Shown here piece after piece: positions 46,383-55,587 of a stretch of 64,000 bases of DNA. Every line of letters begins with the position of its first letter. The stretch's first letter is position 1. This DNA is from an uncultured Collinsella sp. (GTDB lineage Bacteria > Actinomycetota > Coriobacteriia > Coriobacteriales > Coriobacteriaceae): positions 10,688 through 74,687 of the forward strand of contig CAAEBN010000017.1 in the NCBI GenBank assembly GCA_900754075.1, written 5' to 3'. The notes below the pieces were generated by a model that made no database searches, was not told where the DNA came from, and worked only from the letters and a program-made list of their open reading frames with translations. Position numbers and translations under genes: made by a program.

Positions 46383-47569
46383 TGGCGTTTCAGACGACGT
46401 ACGGCCCCGATAGTCGTCTGCGGGTTGCAATTTTGGGCTGTACGGGCTCTATTGGCACCCAGGCGCTCGATGTTTGCCGTCAGCATGCCGACCGTCTGCA
46501 GGTGACGGCGCTTTCCGTTAATTCCAGTACCGCTGAGCTCGTTGCGTTTGCCCGTGAGTTTTCGGTTCCGGCCGTTGCCGTGGCCGACGCCACCCACGGT
46601 GCTGATGCTGTACTGCAGGAGCTGCCCGAGGGCACCGAGCTCGGTGTTGGTGCGCAGGCAGTTTGTGAGCTCGCACGTCGCGATGACGTCGACTGTGCAC
46701 TCGTCGCTATTGTGGGCGCCGCCGGGCTCGAAGCGAGCCATGCTGCCCTGACTTCGAACAAGCGTCTTGCACTTGCCAATAAGGAGTCGCTCGTTGTTGG
46801 CGGCGACCTGCTGATGCCGCTGGCGCAGCCGGGTCAGCTCATTCCGGTCGACTCCGAGCACTCCGCCATCTATCAGTGCTATCTGGGTGAGAATCCACGC
46901 GAGGCCCACTGCATTTGGCTTACCTGTTCGGGCGGTCCGTTCTTTGGCCGTTCACGCGAGGATCTCGACCACGTGACCCGCAAGGACGCCTTGGCGCATC
47001 CCACGTGGGCCATGGGGGCAAAGATCACCATCGACTCCGCCACCCTTATGAACAAGGGCCTGGAGCGTATCGAGGCGATGCATCTGTTCGGGTGCGATCT
47101 CGACTTTATCAACGTGGTCGTTCAGCGCCAGTCAAAGATCCACTCGATGGTCGAGTATGCGGACGGCTCTGTGATGGCACATCTTGGTGCGTCCGACATG
47201 CGCATTCCCATCCAGTTTGCGTTCTCGTATCCCGAGCGGTGGGATACCCCAGCGCCTCGAATCGATTTCCGCGAGCTCGGGCAGCTCACGTTTGATGCTG
47301 CCGATATGGACACATTCCGCTGCCTGGCGCTGGCCGAGCGTGCCGGCAGAACGGGCGGCACCATGCCGTGCGTGCTGAATGCCGCCAACGAAGTTGCCGT
47401 CGATGCCTTCCTGCACGATGCCTGCACCTTTACCGATATCGACCGAATCGTCGAGTCGTGCATGGATGCACACGATACGCAGGCGGTCGCATCCTTCGAG
47501 CAGCTTCGCGATATCGATACGTGGGCTCGTGCCAAGGCCGCCGAGGTGCTCGCTGCAACCCGCTCTTAA
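46382..47569 (+). CDS. dxr: 1-deoxy-D-xylulose 5-phosphate reductoisomerase
   Basis: N-terminal NADPH motif ILGCTGSIGTQALDV and Dxr catalytic core. ATG overlaps the cdsA stop (TAATG). Confidence 0.95.
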   Translation: MAFQTTYGPDSRLRVAILGCTGSIGTQALDVCRQHADRLQVTALSVNSSTAELVAFAREFSVPAVAVADATHGADAVLQELPEGTELGVGAQAVCELARRDDVDCALVAIVGAAGLEASHAALTSNKRLALANKESLVVGGDLLMPLAQPGQLIPVDSEHSAIYQCYLGENPREAHCIWLTCSGGPFFGRSREDLDHVTRKDALAHPTWAMGAKITIDSATLMNKGLERIEAMHLFGCDLDFINVVVQRQSKIHSMVEYADGSVMAHLGASDMRIPIQFAFSYPERWDTPAPRIDFRELGQLTFDAADMDTFRCLALAERAGRTGGTMPCVLNAANEVAVDAFLHDACTFTDIDRIVESCMDAHDTQAVASFEQLRDIDTWARAKAAEVLAATRS

Positions 47570-47592
47570 TCGTAAGGATTGCTTTTCGTTTT

Positions 47593-48954
47593 ATGGATAC
47601 TGTTCTGAGCGTTCTCTCCTCAGTCTTTTGGGGCCTTCTGATGCTTTCCGTCCTCGTGTTTTTGCACGAGGGCGGCCACTTTTTGGCGGCGCGTGCCTGC
47701 GGCGTCCGCGTGACCGAGTTCTTTTTGGGTCTGCCGTGCCGCTTTGACATCCATCACACGTCGCGTCGCATCGGAACCAAGTTTGGTGTGACGCCGCTGT
47801 TGCTGGGCGGTTATGCTGCTATCTGCGGTATGGACCCGACCGATGTCAGGTGTGCCGATCGCGTGCTTGCTGCGATCTATCGTCATGGTCGCGTTTCGGT
47901 TGCAGACCTTTCCGTCGAGCTGGAGCTGCCCGAGGAGGATGTTCTCGAGGCTTGTGCCTTGCTTTTGGGCTGGGGTTCCATTGCGCCTTGGTACGAGGAA
48001 GGGGAGAAGCCTTCACCCAGCTATTATCCGGTTAGGTACCAGACGCTGCCGCGCGATGCTGCAGGATATACCACCTTTGACGGCCGCAAGTTCGATCGAG
48101 AGCATGCGACTGCCGAGGGCGATGTGTGGGAGCTGCCGGTCGCCGCGTCGGAGTTTCTCGAGCAGGAGCGTTCGCATACCTATCTGGGTCAGGGTTTTCT
48201 CAAGCGTGCCTTTATGCTGCTCGCGGGCATTCTCGTCAATATTCTGACGGGCTTTTTGCTGCTTATGAGTATCTACTCTATCGCCGGCGCATCGGTTCCG
48301 GTCGATAGCAATGTGATCGGTCAGGTCGACGAAGGCTCAATTGCTGCCAAGGCGGGCATCGAGGCCGGTGACGCAATTCTTTCGGTCGACGGCGTGTCCT
48401 GCTCTAGCTGGATGGATGTATATGATGCCATCGGCAAGGCTGCAGGTCAGGGCGATTTCGCCATTGAGTACCAGCGCTGCGGCAAGAATCTTTCGACCTC
48501 GGTTGCGCTCAAGGAGGGCGAGCGTTTGGGCGTTTATGCCTCCACGCAAGTGGTCCATTTGGACCTCATTACGTCGGCGCGCTTGTCGTTCTCCTATGTT
48601 CAGCAGACAGCTGAGGGCGTGATGCGCCTGCTGCAGCCGCAGCATACGATGGAGATACTCGATCAGTCCTCCTCGATTGTGGGCATCAGCGTCATGTCTT
48701 CTCAGGCGGCGGCAGCCGGTTCTGCGACGTTCTTGACGTTTGCCGCCCTCATTTCGTTCTCGCTTGGCTTTATGAACCTGCTGCCCATCCCACCGCTCGA
48801 TGGCGGTAAGCTGGTTATCGAGATCATTCAAAAAATCGCGGGCCGCGAGCTTCCGCTCAAGGTCCAGACGATTGTGAGCTATGTGGGCATCGCACTCTTT
48901 GCGCTGCTGTTTGTCTATATGCTTCGTTCCGACATCCTTCGATTTATTCTGTAG
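47593..48954 (+). CDS. rseP: RIP site-2 zinc metalloprotease RseP/Eep family
   Basis: HEGGH zinc motif in TM1, a PDZ domain (…GIEAGDAILSVDGV…) and C-terminal LDG motif (…IPPLDGGKL…). ATG 47593; the ORF-track upstream extension is unlikely. Confidence 0.9.
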   Translation: MDTVLSVLSSVFWGLLMLSVLVFLHEGGHFLAARACGVRVTEFFLGLPCRFDIHHTSRRIGTKFGVTPLLLGGYAAICGMDPTDVRCADRVLAAIYRHGRVSVADLSVELELPEEDVLEACALLLGWGSIAPWYEEGEKPSPSYYPVRYQTLPRDAAGYTTFDGRKFDREHATAEGDVWELPVAASEFLEQERSHTYLGQGFLKRAFMLLAGILVNILTGFLLLMSIYSIAGASVPVDSNVIGQVDEGSIAAKAGIEAGDAILSVDGVSCSSWMDVYDAIGKAAGQGDFAIEYQRCGKNLSTSVALKEGERLGVYASTQVVHLDLITSARLSFSYVQQTAEGVMRLLQPQHTMEILDQSSSIVGISVMSSQAAAAGSATFLTFAALISFSLGFMNLLPIPPLDGGKLVIEIIQKIAGRELPLKVQTIVSYVGIALFALLFVYMLRSDILRFIL

Positions 48955-48967
48955 GGGAGTGTTTGGA

Positions 48968-50050
48968 TTGTCTTTATCCCATCCTTTGCCGCGCGAGCTG
49001 ACGCGCCCCGTGCATGTGGGCGGCGTGCAGATCGGTGGCGGCGCGCCGGTGGTGGTTCAGTCCATGACCTGCACCGATACCGCCGACGCCCAGGCAACGC
49101 TTGCGCAAGTGCGCGCGTTGGCGCAGGCTGGCTGCGATATCGTGCGCGTGAGCGTGCCCACCGAGGCCGCGCTTGAGGGTTTCCGCACGATTTGTGCCGA
49201 GTCTCCGGTGCCGATCGTTGCGGATATCCACTTTAATTACAAGCTGGCCATTGGCGCTGTGGAGGCCGGTGCCGCCAAGCTTCGCATCAATCCCGGCAAT
49301 ATCGGCGATTGGGCTAAGGTTGACGCGGTGATCGATGCTGCGGGTGCCGCGGGCTGTGCGATTCGTATCGGCGTCAATGCCGGTTCGCTTGAGCAGGATA
49401 TCGCCGAGCGCGACGTCCTTACGCAACCCGAAAAGCTCGTGATGTCGAGCGAGCGTTTCGTCAAACATTTTGAGGATCGCGGCTTTACCAATATCGTGCT
49501 TTCCGCCAAGGCGCATAGCGTGTCAACGACGCTCGACACCTATCGTGCCCTTTCGCGCGAAATCCCCCATGTTCCACTTCACTTGGGCGTGACTGAGGCC
49601 GGAACCAAGCTCCAGGGCACCATTAAGAGCTCTGTGGGCTTGGGTATTCTGCTTTCCGAGGGCATTGGCGATACCATGCGCGTCTCGCTTACGGCCGATC
49701 CGGTCGAGGAGCCGCCGGTCGCCTGGGGTATCTTGCAGTCGCTTGGCCTTCGCCGCCGCGGTCCCGAGATCGTCTCGTGCCCCACATGCGCTCGCTGCCA
49801 GGTCAACCTCATTCCTATCGCCGAGGAGGTCACCGAGCGGCTTAAGAACTACTCTGCGCCGCTTTCGATTGCCGTGATGGGATGTGCGGTCAATGGCCCC
49901 GGCGAGGCCTCTGACGCCGACTTGGGCGTTGCCTGCGGACGAGGTCAGGGCCTGCTCTTTTCGCACGGCCAGATCATTGGTAAAGTAGCTGAGGACCAAA
50001 TTGTCGACGCGCTTATGGCCGAGGTCGACAAGCTTATTGAGGAGAAATAA
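48968..50050 (+). CDS. ispG: 4-hydroxy-3-methylbut-2-enyl diphosphate synthase
   Basis: GcpE signature with [4Fe-4S] cysteines (…SCPTCARC…GCAVNGPGEA…). TTG 48968 (or GTG 48959) follows GGGGAG. Confidence 0.9.
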   Translation: MSLSHPLPRELTRPVHVGGVQIGGGAPVVVQSMTCTDTADAQATLAQVRALAQAGCDIVRVSVPTEAALEGFRTICAESPVPIVADIHFNYKLAIGAVEAGAAKLRINPGNIGDWAKVDAVIDAAGAAGCAIRIGVNAGSLEQDIAERDVLTQPEKLVMSSERFVKHFEDRGFTNIVLSAKAHSVSTTLDTYRALSREIPHVPLHLGVTEAGTKLQGTIKSSVGLGILLSEGIGDTMRVSLTADPVEEPPVAWGILQSLGLRRRGPEIVSCPTCARCQVNLIPIAEEVTERLKNYSAPLSIAVMGCAVNGPGEASDADLGVACGRGQGLLFSHGQIIGKVAEDQIVDALMAEVDKLIEEK

Positions 50051-51772
50051 ATGACTCGAGCAATGTATATGTCTAAGCTGTATGCTCCGACGCTCAAAGA
50101 GGATCCGGCCGACGCCGAGCTTGCGAGCCATCGACTGCTGCTTCGTGCCGGCATGATCCGCAAGGAGGCCGCCGGTCTCTATTCCTATCTGCCGCTCGCG
50201 TGGCGCTCGATTCGTAAGATCGAGAACATCGTGCGCGACGAGATGGATGCTGCCGGCGCCCAGGAGCTCATGATGCCCATCATGGTCGATGCCGAGCTGT
50301 GGCGTGAGTCCGGCCGTATCGATGCTTATGGCAAGGAGCTCGTGCGCTTTGATGACCGCCACGGACGCGAGTTCGTGCTCGGTCCCACGCACGAGGAGAC
50401 CGTGACTGCCCTGGTGCGCAATGAGCTGCGTTCCTACAAACAGCTGCCGGTGAATCTCTATCACATCCAGGATAAGTTCCGCGATGAGTTCCGTCCCCGC
50501 TTTGGTCTGATGCGCGGTCGTGAGTTCATCATGAAGGACGCCTACAGCTTCTCCGCCACGCAGGAGAGCCTGCAGGAGGAGTACGACAAGATGAAGCAGG
50601 CCTACGCCAACATCTGCGAGCGCTGCTACATCAAGGCTCTGCCCGTCGTCGCCGACTCCGGCGAGATCGGCGGCGACACCTCCGTCGAGTACATGGCGCT
50701 GGCCGACGCCGGCGAGGCTTCGCTCGTCTACTGCGACGATTGTGGCTTTGCTGCCGATGACGAGGCGGCAAGCACTAAGGTTGTCGTGACCGAGGGCCCC
50801 GGCGACGGTACGCTCACCAAGGTCGAGACTCCGGGCATGGGCACCATCGAGGCCGTTGCCAAGTTCTTCGGGTTCCCCGAGAACGGCACGCGCAAGTCCC
50901 TGGCGTTGATCGATGCCGAGGGCAAGCCCGTTGTGGCCATCGTTCCGGGCGATCATGAGCTCAACGACTGCAAGGCCGAGCACGTCTTTGGCAAGGGCTA
51001 TCGCATGATGACCGACGAGGAGCTCCAGACCTACGGTCTGCATAAGGGCTTTATCGGACCGGTTAACCTGCCCGAGGGTATTCGTCTGGTCTGTGACGAG
51101 AGCCTGCGCGAGTCCAAGCAGTGGGCCTGCGGTGCCAACGAGGTCGACTATCACTTTACCGGCGCCTGCCCTGAGCGCGACTTTACCGTCGACGAGTGGG
51201 CCGACCTGGTAACCGTCGTTGCCGGCGATCCCTGCCCGCACTGCGGCAAGTCGCTCTCTGCTGCCCGCGGCATCGAGGTCTCCCAGGTGTTCCAGCTGGG
51301 CACCAAGTATTCCGAGGCCATGGGTGCTACCTTTATGGACGAGGACGGCAAGGAGAAGCCGCTTATCATGGGCTGCTACGGCGTTGGTGTGTCCCGCTCG
51401 CTCGCTGCCGTCGTGGAGCAGCACAATGATGAGCACGGTATCGTCTGGCCGGTCTCTGTCGCTCCGTACGAGGTCGCGGTGATTCCGCTCGATCCCAAGA
51501 AGGAGGAGTGCGCGACCGTTTGCGAGCAGATTGTTGATGGCCTGTGCGCCGAGGGTATCGAGGTTGTCGTGGATGACCGCGACGAGCGCCCCGGCTTTAA
51601 GTTTGCCGACAACGACCTTATGGGCTTCCCGTATCAGGTGATTCTGGGCAAGCGCGGTCTTAAGAACGGTACCGTTGAGCTCAAGGACCGTGCTACGGGC
51701 GAGCGCGAGGATGTGGCGATCGATGAGGTTGTCGCCAAGGTTGCCGAGCTTGTGAAGGCAGCACGCCGTTAA
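50051..51772 (+). CDS. proS: proline--tRNA ligase (bacterial type with INS editing domain)
   Basis: Class II aaRS motifs plus an inserted editing domain; 573 aa. Confidence 0.95.
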   Translation: MTRAMYMSKLYAPTLKEDPADAELASHRLLLRAGMIRKEAAGLYSYLPLAWRSIRKIENIVRDEMDAAGAQELMMPIMVDAELWRESGRIDAYGKELVRFDDRHGREFVLGPTHEETVTALVRNELRSYKQLPVNLYHIQDKFRDEFRPRFGLMRGREFIMKDAYSFSATQESLQEEYDKMKQAYANICERCYIKALPVVADSGEIGGDTSVEYMALADAGEASLVYCDDCGFAADDEAASTKVVVTEGPGDGTLTKVETPGMGTIEAVAKFFGFPENGTRKSLALIDAEGKPVVAIVPGDHELNDCKAEHVFGKGYRMMTDEELQTYGLHKGFIGPVNLPEGIRLVCDESLRESKQWACGANEVDYHFTGACPERDFTVDEWADLVTVVAGDPCPHCGKSLSAARGIEVSQVFQLGTKYSEAMGATFMDEDGKEKPLIMGCYGVGVSRSLAAVVEQHNDEHGIVWPVSVAPYEVAVIPLDPKKEECATVCEQIVDGLCAEGIEVVVDDRDERPGFKFADNDLMGFPYQVILGKRGLKNGTVELKDRATGEREDVAIDEVVAKVAELVKAARR

Positions 51773-51803
51773 TTGGCCCCGTTGCGTTGAGCGCGCTTTC
51801 GAA

Positions 51804-51846
51804 GCGGCCCTGCGTCTCTCGAGGGAGAGGCGTAGGGCCGCTTTTG
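51804..51846 (+). terminator. intrinsic terminator after proS
   Basis: GCGGCCCTGCGTCTCTC-GAGG-GAGAGGCGTAGGGCCGC (17-bp stem with two G-U pairs) followed by TTTTG. Confidence 0.7.
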
Positions 51847-51865
51847 CGTCTAAGAATCTTTAGTA

Positions 51866-51910
51866 GCTAAAAGGAAAACCCCACAGCCCAAATGAGCTGC
51901 GGGGTTTCCC
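51866..51910 (-). terminator. intrinsic terminator after APH-like gene (minus strand)
   Basis: On the - strand: GGAAACCCCGCAG-CTCATTT-GGGCTGTGGGGTTTTCC followed by TTTTAG. Confidence 0.65.
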
Positions 51911-51944
51911 TTGTGCCTCCGATGCGAAAGAAATCGCTCAGATA

Positions 51945-52709
51945 TTACTGATAATCGACGACGTCGATCCAGTTCTTAAGGAACTCATCGTTCACGTTGC
52001 GCTTACGAGCGAGCTCGGAAGCGGCGACGATGCTCGTCCACTGACGCACGACCTGCATGGGCATGTCGGCGCGGTCGCAGTAGAGCTCCAGGTAGGCCTC
52101 GGCCTGATCCTTGCTGTTGAGGGCAAAGAGCAGGTAGGTGGTGGCAACGTCGGCGGCAGGGGAGCCCTGGGTAGCGTGTGCCCAGTCGCACACATAGAGC
52201 TGGCCGTCGTCACCGACGATGACGTTGGAGGGGTTGAAGTCGCCGTGGCAGACCTTGAACTCCTTGGTCATACCGTCCAGACGCTCCTGAAGGTTGTAGC
52301 GCGTGGTGGCATTGAGCTGATCGAGGCTGTCGATCATGCGGGCGAACTTGTCGCGCTGACGGTTGAGCAGCGGGGAGGTGTAGCCGTGGATCTCGATCTG
52401 GAGGTCGACGAACATCTCGAGGTACTCACCAAAGCGCTGGGGCTCGGCAGTCATCTTCTCGGCAAGGGTGGTGCCCGGAACCTTCTCGGTCACGAGTGCC
52501 CAGCCGTTGGCGTTCTCGAGCTGAGAAACCTCGAGAGCCTTGGGGCTGCGGATGCCGCACTCATTGATGCGGGCAAGATTCAAAGCCTCGTTGAACACGT
52601 CGGAGACGGGCTTGGTCTCGTTAAAGACCTTGACGATCTTGTCGCCCAGGTCGTAAACGACCTTGTTGCCGCGACGGACGAGCTCGGTCTTGGAATCGGG
52701 TAGCAGCAT
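51945..52709 (-). CDS. aminoglycoside/choline-kinase-like phosphotransferase (APH family)
   Basis: Kinase catalytic loop VCHGDFNPSNVIV and Mg-binding CDWAH, characteristic of the APH/CotS phosphotransferase family. Confidence 0.75.
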   Translation of the reverse strand: MLLPDSKTELVRRGNKVVYDLGDKIVKVFNETKPVSDVFNEALNLARINECGIRSPKALEVSQLENANGWALVTEKVPGTTLAEKMTAEPQRFGEYLEMFVDLQIEIHGYTSPLLNRQRDKFARMIDSLDQLNATTRYNLQERLDGMTKEFKVCHGDFNPSNVIVGDDGQLYVCDWAHATQGSPAADVATTYLLFALNSKDQAEAYLELYCDRADMPMQVVRQWTSIVAASELARKRNVNDEFLKNWIDVVDYQ

Positions 52710-52796
52710 GGTTGCATCCTTTCAACGATGCGATAGAAGCTACGGCGGGGGTGTGTGAAACACCCGTGCACCCCCGCCGTTAAAACCGTGCTAGAA

Positions 52797-55445
52797 CTAG
52801 CAGACGGCGTAATCCTGAGGCTCACGGCCGTAGTAGGCGTCCAGGTAGAGCTCCTTGATCTCGCTCATGAGCGGGTAGCGCGGGTTAGCGCCGGTGCACT
52901 GGTCGTTGAATGCCTGCTCGGTCATCTCGTCGAGGGTGTCGAGGAAGTACTGCTCGTCAACACCGTAGTCGGCGATGGTCTTCTTGACGCCGATGAAGTC
53001 CTTGAGCTCCTCGAGCTTCGTGATGAAGTTCTCGAAGACCTCCTTGTCGTCCTTGCCCTCGATGCCGCAGTACTTGGCCATCTCGGCGTAGTTGTGCAGC
53101 GCGTTGGGGTAAGGATACTGGGAGAAGGTGCCCATCTTGACGGGAGCCTCGGCGGCGTTGTAGCGCATGACGCGGGTCAGGATGACGGCGTTTGCGAGAC
53201 CGTGGGGCAGGTGATGGAAAGCGCCGAGCTTGTGGGCCATGGAGTGGTTGAGGCCCAGGAAGGCGTTGGCGAAGGCCATACCGGCCATGCAGGAGGCGTT
53301 GTGCATCTCTTCGCGGGCATGCGGGTCCTTGGCACCGTTCGTGAAGCTGGAGGGCAGGTTCTCGAAGACGAGCTTGGCAGCACGCTCGGAGAGGCCCTTG
53401 GTGTAGTCGGAAGCCATGATGGAGACGTAGGACTCGATGGCGTGGGTCATGACGTCGATGCCGGAGGCAGCGGTCAGGCCGCGCGGGGCGGTCATGCAGT
53501 TGTCGGCGTCGACGATGGCCATGTTGGGGAGCAGCGCGTAGTCGGCGAGCGGCCACTTGATGCCGGTCTCCTTGTCGGTGATGATGGCGAACGGCGTGCA
53601 CTCGGAGCCGGTACCCGAAGAGGTCGGGACGGCGACGAAGTAGGCCTTCTTGCCCATCTCGGGGAAGGTGAAGATACGCTTGCGGATGTCCATGAAGTCC
53701 ATGGCCATGTCCTCAAACTTGCACTCGGGGTGCTCGTACATCATCCACATGATCTTGCCGGCGTCCATAGCGGAGCCACCGCCGACGGCGATGATGACGT
53801 CCGGCTCAAAGAGAGCCATCTGCTTGGCGCCGCGACGTGCGCACTGCAGCGACGGATCGGGCTCGACGTCGTAGAAGCAGTCGTGGGCGATGCCCATCTC
53901 GTCGAGCTTGGCCTCGATGGCGCGGGTGTTGCCATTCTTGAAGAGGAACTGGTCGGTGACGATGAAGGCGCGCTTCTTGCCCATGACGTTGCCCAGCTCG
54001 TCGAGGGCGACGGGCGTGGAACCCTTCTTGAAGTAGACCTTCTCGGGAGCGCGGAACCACAGCATGTTCTCACGGCGCTCGGCCACAGTCTTAACGTTGA
54101 TCAAGTGCTTCACCCCAACGTTCTCGGAGACGGAGTTGCCGCCCCAGGAGCCGCAGCCCAGGGTCAGAGACGGCTTCATGCCAAAGTTGTACAGGTCACC
54201 GATGCCGCCGTGCGAGGACGGGGTGTTGATGACGATACGGCAGGCCTTCATGACGTGCTCGAACAGGCTGATCTTCTCGGCCTGGGCGGGGTGCACGTAC
54301 AGAGAGGCGGTGTGGCCCGGGCCACCGGCGAGCACCAGGTGCTCGGCCTTGTCGACGGCCTCCTGGAAGTCCTTGGCGTGGTACATGGCCAGGACCGGGG
54401 AGAGCTTCTCGTGGGAGAACTCCTCCTTGGCGGGGTCGGTGGAGGTGACCTCGGCGATCAGGATCTTGGTCTTGGCGGGAACCTCGATGCCGGCGAGCTC
54501 GGCGATCTTGGCGGCAGCCATGCCGGGGATGCGGTGATCGAGAGCGCCGTTCTTGAACATGGCGGCACGCAGGGCCTCCATCTCGGCACCCTGCTTGACG
54601 AAGTAGCAGCCGCGCTTCTGGAACTCGGCCTTGACCTGGTCGTAGATGCTGTCGATGACGGTCACGGACTGCTCGGAAGCGCAGATCATGCCGTTGTCGA
54701 AGGTCTTGGAGTGGATGATGGAGTTGACGGCGAGCAGCACGTCGGCGGTGTCGTCGATGACGACCGGGGTGTTACCGGCGCCAACGCCCAGGGCGGGCTT
54801 GCCCGAGGAGTAGGCGGCCTTGACCATACCCGGGCCACCGGTGGCGAGGATGATGTCAACGTCGCGCATGACCATGTTGGTCAGCTCAATGGAGGGGACA
54901 TCGACCCAGCCGATGATGCCCTCGGGGGCGCCGGCCTTGACGGCGGCGTCAAGCACGAGCTTGGCGGCGGCGATGGTGCACTTGGCGGCAGCCGGGTGCG
55001 GGGAGATGATGATGGCGTTGCGGGTCTTCAGGCAGATCAGCGTCTTGAAGATCGCGGTGGAGGTGGGGTTGGTCGTCGGGATGACGGCGCCCACGATGCC
55101 GATGGGCTCGGCGATCTTGGTGATGCCGTAAGCCTCGTCGCGCTCCAGAACGCCACAGGTCTTGGTGTTCTTGTAAGCGTTGTAGATGTACTCTGCGGCG
55201 TAGTGGTTCTTGATGACCTTGTCCTCAAGAACGCCGCGGCCGGTCTCCTCGATGGCCATCTTCGCCAACGGGATACGAGCCTTGTTGGCGGCCATGGCGG
55301 CTTCATAGAAGATCTTGTCGACCTGCTCCTGCGTGTACGTAGCAAAAAGCGCCTGGGCCTCTCGCATCTGAGCGAGCTTGGCCTCAAGCGCCTCTACGTT
55401 GTCCACAATTGCGGGAGTAGTGTTTTCCGGTGACTTTTTCACCAT
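52797..55445 (-). CDS. adhE: bifunctional acetaldehyde-CoA/alcohol dehydrogenase
   Basis: 882 aa; N-terminal ALDH domain and C-terminal iron-containing ADH domain with the typical AdhE linker. Confidence 0.95.
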   Translation of the reverse strand: MVKKSPENTTPAIVDNVEALEAKLAQMREAQALFATYTQEQVDKIFYEAAMAANKARIPLAKMAIEETGRGVLEDKVIKNHYAAEYIYNAYKNTKTCGVLERDEAYGITKIAEPIGIVGAVIPTTNPTSTAIFKTLICLKTRNAIIISPHPAAAKCTIAAAKLVLDAAVKAGAPEGIIGWVDVPSIELTNMVMRDVDIILATGGPGMVKAAYSSGKPALGVGAGNTPVVIDDTADVLLAVNSIIHSKTFDNGMICASEQSVTVIDSIYDQVKAEFQKRGCYFVKQGAEMEALRAAMFKNGALDHRIPGMAAAKIAELAGIEVPAKTKILIAEVTSTDPAKEEFSHEKLSPVLAMYHAKDFQEAVDKAEHLVLAGGPGHTASLYVHPAQAEKISLFEHVMKACRIVINTPSSHGGIGDLYNFGMKPSLTLGCGSWGGNSVSENVGVKHLINVKTVAERRENMLWFRAPEKVYFKKGSTPVALDELGNVMGKKRAFIVTDQFLFKNGNTRAIEAKLDEMGIAHDCFYDVEPDPSLQCARRGAKQMALFEPDVIIAVGGGSAMDAGKIMWMMYEHPECKFEDMAMDFMDIRKRIFTFPEMGKKAYFVAVPTSSGTGSECTPFAIITDKETGIKWPLADYALLPNMAIVDADNCMTAPRGLTAASGIDVMTHAIESYVSIMASDYTKGLSERAAKLVFENLPSSFTNGAKDPHAREEMHNASCMAGMAFANAFLGLNHSMAHKLGAFHHLPHGLANAVILTRVMRYNAAEAPVKMGTFSQYPYPNALHNYAEMAKYCGIEGKDDKEVFENFITKLEELKDFIGVKKTIADYGVDEQYFLDTLDEMTEQAFNDQCTGANPRYPLMSEIKELYLDAYYGREPQDYAVC

Positions 55446-55587
55446 TTGTGTCTCCTTGCGATCGGAGATTTACCCTACGCCTTGCATGATAGCAAGAAAT
55501 TATTCGGCGAACGGTAAGATTCCCGTAAAAGGCACACTAAAACGCTTCAACTAAATGAACCGTTTCAACTAATGCTGCATTGCTCCG

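Noticed and set aside
49523-51436. 637-aa ORF on the - strand
   Set aside because: Antisense to ispG/proS. Shadow ORF.
52755-55433. 892-aa ORF on the + strand
   Set aside because: Antisense to adhE; repetitive Gly/Val/Asp/Leu composition with no motifs. Shadow ORF.
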